The notes beneath the pieces are model-generated. The model did no database searches. It had not been told where the DNA came from and saw only the letters and a list, made by a program, of their open reading frames with translations. This document shows positions 7,037-11,684 of a stretch of 11,684 nucleotides of DNA, one piece after another. The first letter of the stretch is position 1. The number at the start of each line of letters is the position of its first letter. The DNA comes from a virus, in UHGV virus genome UHGV-1583584. One strand, 5' to 3'. Made by a program: the position numbers and the translations under genes.

Positions 7037-7110
7037 ATTTAAAACTGTAGTTGTTTTATCGTCAACAACAAAAGTTGTTTTGTCGGTTGTTTTAAATATA
7101 ACTGGTTGTA
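7037..7110 (-). promoter_or_regulatory. Candidate pL promoter with oL operators
   Basis: On the minus strand: -35 TTGACG (+ coords 7060-7065), 17-nt spacer, -10 TTAAAT (7037-7042). The spacer contains the 17-mer AAAACAACTACAGTTTT (7041-7057), 15 of 17 identical to AAAACAACCATAGTTTT in the pR spacer (8595-8611). Further GTTGTT/AACAAC repeats lie at 7064-7080 and 7085-7110. Confidence 0.5.
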
Positions 7111-7205
7111 TTTAGGATGGATTTATTTTGTGACTTGCATCGCATAGCGATAACTGAAGTGAGGTGTGGTGGTTTTTTGGACGGTATGAGTTATGAGGGG
7201 GAGGA

Positions 7206-7236
7206 AAAGAAAACCCGGCGCGGTTGCCGGGTATGA
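7206..7236 (-). terminator. Rho-independent terminator after the lipoprotein gene
   Basis: Minus strand immediately after the stop at 7240: CCCGGC-aaccgc-GCCGGG followed by TTTTCTTTTCC. Confidence 0.6.
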
Positions 7237-7239
7237 TTA

Positions 7240-7620
7240 TCAGTCAGCCCAACCTGATTTCGAGTTTATTTGGGTTTCTGACATTGTGTATTTCTTAATC
7301 GTGTCATCGTTAAAAAGAATAGTAAGTTCTTTTTTCGTACCGTTCGTTCCATTATGGAATAATCCATAGAATGGAATAAAAGTGGTGCCATTAACTTTTA
7401 CTTTTGCAAAGGCGTACTTCCAGATCTCGTTTCCACTGTCAGTATATGAAACAGCATCAGGAGAACCAAAGTAAGATTTAACCTCATTCTTGGTTGTTTT
7501 ACCTTCCTGAAGTTTAGACTGGACACTAATTTCAGTTTCATTTTTGAGTTGCTGGTTGCCTGAAGAAGCACACCCAGCCAATACAGATGCCATCATGGCA
7601 GCGATTAGGATTTTTCTCAT
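7240..7620 (-). CDS. Prophage-encoded lipoprotein (signal peptide with lipobox LAGC); possible BamE/SmpA-OmlA-like fold; candidate lysogenic-conversion or superinfection-exclusion factor
   Basis: The N-terminus MRKILIAAMMASVLAGC has a canonical lipobox, with Ala at +2 after the Cys (no Asp inner-membrane retention signal). The mature part has a pattern resembling BamE (GxTKxEV...GSP...WxY...LTILFxxDxIKxY), which is a motif-level impression only. The gene is AT-rich relative to its neighbours and is followed by a terminator. Confidence 0.8.
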   Translation of the reverse strand: MRKILIAAMMASVLAGCASSGNQQLKNETEISVQSKLQEGKTTKNEVKSYFGSPDAVSYTDSGNEIWKYAFAKVKVNGTTFIPFYGLFHNGTNGTKKELTILFNDDTIKKYTMSETQINSKSGWAD

Positions 7621-7849
7621 TTTATGTTTCCATTCATTATAATCAGAAACATCTTAACATAATGATTCGAAATAAAAACCGCTACGAGATAGGGGGACAT
7701 TTTGCTGACAGTAGCAACAAATCTCAGCTAACAACGAGAATATTTACTGAAATATGCAAACAGATTTGGCGTTCTTATAGAGAATTTAGTGCAATATCTA
7801 ATCCGAGTGGTATAAACCTTAACCTTCGCTCCCTTAAGTCGTAGATAAA

Positions 7850-8539
7850 TTAACCATGCTTCCTGTACGTCTGCGGCATGCTTCCAATGACCTTACCGAA
7901 TATGAACACCCGGTTCATCTCGTCTTTCTCGATCGGGTCCCACGGCGAGTAGCTCTTGTTATCAGAGATAACCAGCAGCTTATCCTTCATCATTTGAAGA
8001 CGTTTTACATGGGCAGTGTCGTCGTACAGAAACGCATAGATGCCATCACCGTCGAAAGATTTAACAGTGATATCAACGAACAGCAGGTCACCTGGTTCGA
8101 TCGTCCCTGACATGCTGTCACCTCGCACGTTAATGATGCGGATATTTTCCGCCTTCCTGCCATCGAACATGTGACGAGCATCGTCAAACGAGTACTCAAC
8201 CGAGCGTAGAACTTCTACAAACTCACGGTTGATTACACCTGGCCCGGCACTGACTTCTATATCAAGAACGTCAATTTTGAAGTATTTGGAATGGCTGACA
8301 GTTGATTGTATTGGTTGCACTGTACTGTCTGACATATTTCCAACGCCAGAAGATAACCATTCTGCGCGCACACCCAAAGCGTTCGCGATCTCCACGATTT
8401 TAGTTGTTTGGTTAGCTTTCCCTGTTTCGATTTTCTGAATAGCAGCCTGGCTAACCCCGACCAAATCCCCAAGCGCCTTTTGTGTAAGGCCTCGCGCTAA
8501 TCTGGCTTCTTTAAGTCTTTCTGAGAGTGTTGTTTTCAT
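7850..8539 (-). CDS. cI: CI-type prophage repressor (N-terminal XRE-family HTH, C-terminal LexA/S24-like autopeptidase domain)
   Basis: The N-terminus LKEARLARGLTQKALGDLVGVSQAAIQKIETGK is a typical HTH. The C-terminus contains GDSM (Ser nucleophile motif) and VKRL (Lys), with a candidate Ala-Gly cleavage site in EVSAGPG. It is transcribed divergently from the cro-like gene. The sequence differs from lambda CI, so this is a different immunity type. Confidence 0.9.
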   Translation of the reverse strand: MKTTLSERLKEARLARGLTQKALGDLVGVSQAAIQKIETGKANQTTKIVEIANALGVRAEWLSSGVGNMSDSTVQPIQSTVSHSKYFKIDVLDIEVSAGPGVINREFVEVLRSVEYSFDDARHMFDGRKAENIRIINVRGDSMSGTIEPGDLLFVDITVKSFDGDGIYAFLYDDTAHVKRLQMMKDKLLVISDNKSYSPWDPIEKDEMNRVFIFGKVIGSMPQTYRKHG

Positions 8540-8545
8540 AGATCA

Positions 8546-8616
8546 AATGTACAACCAAGGTTTTATTTCATCAAACGAAAATGGTTGTTGACTAAAAACA
8601 ACCATAGTTTTAATCT
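8546..8616 (+). promoter_or_regulatory. oR operator cluster with pR (and divergent pRM presumably within the same region)
   Basis: pR: -35 TTGACT (8588-8593), 17-nt spacer, -10 TAATCT (8611-8616), then SD GGAGG (8634-8638) and the cro-like ATG at 8644. Three related 17-bp dyad-type sites: about 8548-8564 (ACAACCAAGGTTTT), 8576-8592 (AAAATGGTTGTTGAC) and 8595-8611 (AAAACAACCATAGTTTT). Confidence 0.6.
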
Positions 8617-8643
8617 TGATTCGGATTAACCACGGAGGTTGTT

Positions 8644-8874
8644 ATGAACCCAGCAATCAAAACAGCGATCAATATCGTTGGTTCACAAAAGAAACTAGGC
8701 GATGCCTGCGAAGTTTCACAGCAGGCCGTCTATAAGTGGCTTCACAACAAAGCAAAGGTATCCCCTGAACATGTCGGCAGCATTGTTACGGCTACTGGTG
8801 GAGTTGTGAAGGCATACCAGATTCGCCCGGATCTTCCGAAGTTGTTTCCACACACCGAAAAGAACGCAGCTTAA
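8644..8874 (+). CDS. Cro-like HTH regulator of the YdaS type
   Basis: The 76-aa product, first rightward gene from pR, contains GSQKKLGDACEVSQQAVYKW...VSPEHVGSIVTATGGVV, resembling the YdaS/Cro-like family pattern as I recall it. It is not lambda Cro. Confidence 0.75.
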   Translation: MNPAIKTAINIVGSQKKLGDACEVSQQAVYKWLHNKAKVSPEHVGSIVTATGGVVKAYQIRPDLPKLFPHTEKNAA

Positions 8875-8943
8875 ATTTCCATTTCACGCTCTTTAACAAT
8901 AAGCAATCAACTTAACAGTCAATTCAAACTAAAGGAGTCAATT

Positions 8944-9483
8944 ATGCAACCACTTACATACCAACAGACTAGCGGATTTATTCCGACTGCGGTGATAAAT
9001 CGTTCTCAAACAAAACAAGCTCCAGGCCACGAAAAAATCCGTGATGCCGTCCGCGCCTGGTCGGCTGTAGATAATCAGGATGTCGTTGCCGCACTCATTG
9101 TGAATGAGTATCGGGAGCAGGGCGACGGCACCATCGATTTCCCTGATGATGTCAGCCGTGCACGCCAGAAGCTGTTCCGCTTCCTCGATAACAAATTCGA
9201 TTCTGAAAAATACCGAAATAACGTGCGTGAACTGACCCCGGCAATTCTGGCGGTACTACCGCTGGAATATCGCGGTTACCTGGTTGAGCAGGATAGCTTC
9301 ATGACTCGGTTGGCTGAAATGGAAAAGGAACTCAGTGAGGCAAAACAGGCTGTCATTCTCAACGCACCACGCCACCAGAAACTGAAGGAAATGAGTGAAG
9401 GTATTGTGTCGATGTTTCGTGTGGACCCGGATCTGGCTGGTCCATTAATGGCGATGGTGACCACCATGCTGGGGGCAATATGA
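8944..9483 (+). CDS. YdaT-like protein in the cII position (function uncertain: regulator or toxin-like)
   Basis: 179-aa ORF with SD AAGGAG 5 nt upstream. The segment LTPAILAVLPLEYRGYLVEQD resembles the YdaT family core as recalled from the Rac prophage ydaS-ydaT pair. It is not lambda CII (97 aa). Confidence 0.6.
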   Translation: MQPLTYQQTSGFIPTAVINRSQTKQAPGHEKIRDAVRAWSAVDNQDVVAALIVNEYREQGDGTIDFPDDVSRARQKLFRFLDNKFDSEKYRNNVRELTPAILAVLPLEYRGYLVEQDSFMTRLAEMEKELSEAKQAVILNAPRHQKLKEMSEGIVSMFRVDPDLAGPLMAMVTTMLGAI

Positions 9484-9569
9484 CAGGTTCAGAAATGGCG
9501 AAAGTCGGTCTGCGGGAACAGAACCGACTTTCAGGTGCAAATCGTAACACACTCATTGCGGGAGGAATT

Positions 9570-10499
9570 ATGGCAAACACTGCTGAGATATTCAATTTTC
9601 CAGTGCCGGATGCGGCACAAAAGGAGCCGCGCGTGGCAGATCTCGATGATGGTTATACGCGCATTGCAAATGAGTTGCTGGAAGCTGTGATGCTGGCCGG
9701 ATTAACACAGCACCAGCTTCTGGTCTTCCTGGCTGTCATGCGCAAAACATATGGCTTTAATAAAAAACTGGATTGGGTGAGCAACGAGCAACTTTCCGAG
9801 TTGACCGGGATATTGCCGCACAAGTGTTCTGCTGCAAAAAGCGTTCTGGTAAAGCGTGGGATTCTTATTCAGAGCGGGCGGAATATCGGCATTAATAATG
9901 TGGTCAGTGAATGGTCAACATTACCCGAATCAGGTAAGAAAAATAAAGTTTACCTGAAAGAGGTAAATTTACCTGAATCAGGTAAGAAAAGTTTACCCAA
10001 ATCAGGTAAAGGCGTTTACCCGAATCAGGTAAACACAAAAGACAAACTAACAAAAGACAATATAAAACCTTTTTCGTCCGAGAATTCTGGCGAATCCTCT
10101 GACCAACCAGAAAACGATCTTCCTGTGGAGAAACCAGATGCTGCAATTCAGAGCGGCAGCAGGTGGGGGACAGCAGAAGACCTGACCGCCGCAGAGTGGA
10201 TGTTTGACATGGTGAAGACCATCGCGCCATCAGCCAGAAAACCGAATTTTGCAGGGTGGGCTAACGATATCCGCCTGATGCGTGAACGTGACGGACGTAA
10301 CCACCGCGACATGTGCGTGCTGTTCCGCTGGGCATGCCAGGACAACTTCTGGTCCGGTAACGTGCTAAGTCCGGCCAAACTCCGCGACAAGTGGACCCAA
10401 CTCGAAATCAACCGTAACAAGCAACAGGCTGGCGTGACAGCCGGAAAATCAAAACTCGACCTGACAAACACTGACTGGATTTATGGGGTGGATTTATGA
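9570..10499 (+). CDS. O: Replication initiator O (hybrid: non-lambda N-terminal iteron-binding domain, lambda-type C-terminal P-interaction domain)
   Basis: Start assigned to the ATG at 9570 (MANTAEIFNFPVP...), preceded by GGAGG at 9561-9565, rather than the ORF-track start at 9480 that overlaps the upstream gene. The C-terminal part, about 130 aa (...WGTAEDLTAAEWMFDMVKTIAPSARKPNFAGWANDIRLMRERDGRNHRDMCVLFRWACQDNFWSGNVLSPAKLRDKWTQLEINRNKQQ...DWIYGVDL), matches lambda O as recalled. The N-terminal domain differs. Confidence 0.9.
   Translation: MANTAEIFNFPVPDAAQKEPRVADLDDGYTRIANELLEAVMLAGLTQHQLLVFLAVMRKTYGFNKKLDWVSNEQLSELTGILPHKCSAAKSVLVKRGILIQSGRNIGINNVVSEWSTLPESGKKNKVYLKEVNLPESGKKSLPKSGKGVYPNQVNTKDKLTKDNIKPFSSENSGESSDQPENDLPVEKPDAAIQSGSRWGTAEDLTAAEWMFDMVKTIAPSARKPNFAGWANDIRLMRERDGRNHRDMCVLFRWACQDNFWSGNVLSPAKLRDKWTQLEINRNKQQAGVTAGKSKLDLTNTDWIYGVDL
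9921..10032. repeat. Origin of replication iterons: five 17-bp inverted-repeat iterons, consensus TTACCCGAATCAGGTAA, inside the O gene
   Basis: Copies at 9921-9937, 9950-9966, 9969-9985, 9993-10009 and 10016-10032 (TTACCyGAAwsAGGTAA), immediately followed by an A-rich segment (10033-10080). This is the architecture of lambdoid ori. The repeats encode the repeated LPESGKK-like peptide in O. Confidence 0.8.
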
Positions 10500-11197
10500 A
10501 AAACATCGCCGCACAGATGGTTAACTTTGACCGTGAGCAGATGCGCCGGATCGCCAACAACATGCCGGAACAGTACGACGAAAAGCCGCAGGTACAGCAG
10601 GTAGCGCGGATCATCAACGGTGTGTTCAGCCAGTTACTGGCAACTTTCCCGGCGAGCCTGGCTAACCGGGACCAGAACGAACTGAACGAAATCCGCCGCC
10701 AGTGGGTTCTGGCTTTCCGGGAAAACGGGATCACCACAATGGAACAGGTTAACGCAGGAATGCGCGTAGCCCGTCGGCAGAATCGACCATTCCTGCCATC
10801 ACCCGGGCAGTTTGTCGCCTGGTGCCGGGAAGAAGCATCCGTTACCGCCGGACTGCCAAACGCCAGCGAGCTGGTTGATATGGTTTACGAGTATTGCCGG
10901 AAGCGTGGCCTGTATCCGGACGCAGAGTCTTATCCATGGAAATCAAACGCGCACTACTGGTTGGTTACCAACCTGTACCAGAACATGCGGGCCAATGCGC
11001 TGACTGACGCGGAATTACGGCGTAAAGCTGCCGATGAGCTGACCTGTATGACCGCGCGAATTAACCGTGGTGAGGCGATACCTGAACCAGTAAAACAACT
11101 TCCTGTCATGGGCGGTAGGCCTCTAAATCGTGCACAGGCTCTGGCGAAGATCGCAGAAATCAAAGCGAAGTTCGGACTGAAAGGAGCAACTGTATGA
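10496..11197 (+). CDS. P: Replication protein P (DnaB helicase loader)
   Basis: The 233-aa product MKNIAAQMVNFDREQMRRIANNMPEQYDEKPQVQQVARIINGVFSQLL... matches lambda P as recalled. Its start overlaps the O stop (ATGA). Confidence 0.95.
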   Translation: MKNIAAQMVNFDREQMRRIANNMPEQYDEKPQVQQVARIINGVFSQLLATFPASLANRDQNELNEIRRQWVLAFRENGITTMEQVNAGMRVARRQNRPFLPSPGQFVAWCREEASVTAGLPNASELVDMVYEYCRKRGLYPDAESYPWKSNAHYWLVTNLYQNMRANALTDAELRRKAADELTCMTARINRGEAIPEPVKQLPVMGGRPLNRAQALAKIAEIKAKFGLKGATV

Positions 11198-11367
11198 CGG
11201 GCAAAGAGGCAATTATTCATTATCTGGAGACGCACAAGAGCTTCTGTGCGCCGGACGTTGCTGCGACAACAGGTGTGACATTAACCAGCATAAATCAGGC
11301 TGCGGCAAAAATGGCGCGGGCAGGAATCCTGGTCATTGATGGTAAGGTCTGGCGAACGTTTGTTTAA
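11194..11367 (+). CDS. ren: Ren-like protein, short (57 aa) relative to lambda Ren (96 aa)
   Basis: Manual translation from the ATG at 11194 (overlapping the P stop): MTGKEAIIHYLETHKSFCAPDVAATTGVTLTSINQAAAKMARAGILVIDGKVWRTFV, stop TAA at 11365-11367. The N-terminal 50+ residues resemble lambda Ren as recalled; sequence diverges after about residue 54. Confidence 0.7.
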   Translation: MTGKEAIIHYLETHKSFCAPDVAATTGVTLTSINQAAAKMARAGILVIDGKVWRTFV

Positions 11368-11513
11368 CGGTTAGCTACTCAGGATGATAGGGCGGGGCAA
11401 GTGAGTATGAAGCGGATTTTCAGGAATGCCATCAGAGTTTGGAAATAAAGTGGGTTTTCTAGTGGCAAGAGACTTGATAATATTTAGTTCTTTAAATCCA
11501 AGGAGATAGGGTT

Positions 11514-11669
11514 ATGAGAAAATTTATTATAGCCTTTGTCATAAGTGCCTCGTTTACTGCAAATGCTGGTGTAGAGAAGTTAGGGTCGTGGATAACAAAG
11601 TCTGAGATAAATAAAATGACTGACCAGACTGAACCGCCCCGGGTTTCCTGGAGAGTGTTTTATCTGTGA
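11514..11669 (+). CDS. Candidate small secreted protein (51 aa) with an N-terminal signal-peptide-like segment
   Basis: ATG at 11514 preceded by AGGAGA (11501-11506). Product MRKFIIAFVISASFTANAGVEKLGSWITKSEINKMTDQTEPPRVSWRVFYL, stop TGA at 11667-11669. AT-rich context. Could be a genuine small gene or a remnant. Confidence 0.25.
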   Translation: MRKFIIAFVISASFTANAGVEKLGSWITKSEINKMTDQTEPPRVSWRVFYL

Positions 11670-11684
11670 ACTCAGGCTGCCAGA

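Noticed and set aside
7587-7844. 85-aa + strand ORF between the lipoprotein gene and cI
   Set aside because: It is AT-rich intergenic DNA on the strand opposite the cI-lipoprotein transcription unit, with no SD; the region more plausibly holds the lipoprotein promoter.
7621-7849. Expected position of an N-like antiterminator or rexAB homologs next to the repressor
   Set aside because: No minus-strand ORF of adequate length exists here or between 6964 and 7239. N and rex appear genuinely absent from this window.
9480-9569. ORF-track start of O at 9480
   Set aside because: It overlaps the stop of the upstream gene and lacks an SD. The ATG at 9570 has GGAGG upstream and gives an N-terminus (MANTAEIFNF...) parallel to lambda O (MTNTAKILNF... 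as recalled).
9921-10032. Regularly spaced 17-bp repeats as a possible CRISPR array
   Set aside because: The repeats are internally palindromic, irregularly spaced (19-29 bp), lie inside the O coding sequence and are followed by an AT-rich region. This is the classic lambdoid ori iteron arrangement.
9904-10737. Minus-strand ORFs inside O and P (9904..10230, 10148..10471, 10408..10737) and 10954..11235
   Set aside because: They are antisense to the strongly supported O, P and ren genes and include translation of the iteron repeats; spurious.
1-11684. tRNA genes or an attachment site
   Set aside because: No cloverleaf-like segment was recognised by eye. The attachment site would lie beyond the IS2-truncated int end, outside or under the IS2.

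Overview
This window is the early-left arm, immunity region and replication module of a lambda-like (lambdoid) prophage, most likely from Escherichia coli or a close relative. Gene calls rest on my recall of phage lambda reference proteins and on motifs read directly from the sequence; no database search was run. Layout, left to right: an IS2 right end (1-148) that truncates the lambda-type integrase (int remnant 149-890, minus strand); xis; tandem minus-strand terminators; a non-lambda accessory insert (about 1340-3350) carrying three minus-strand genes, one of which has a motif pattern suggestive of a tRNA-guanine transglycosylase (TGT) / DpdA-like fold; a mosaic Ea22-like gene; the lambda orf73/orf63/orf60a cluster; the Red recombination genes exo-bet-gam; a non-lambda first gene of the leftward early operon; a candidate pL/oL; a lipoprotein gene in the rex-equivalent position next to a LexA-like CI repressor; oR/pR; a Cro-like (YdaS-type) and a YdaT-like gene; a hybrid O gene with five iterons and an AT-rich ori; lambda-type P; and a short ren-like gene followed by AT-rich divergent DNA. 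No ORF resembling lambda N, cIII, ea10, ral, rexAB, cro or cII was found. The most interesting candidate is the DpdA-like module, which could be a phage DNA 7-deazaguanine modification (anti-restriction) system, but that call is motif-level only and needs profile and structure confirmation.
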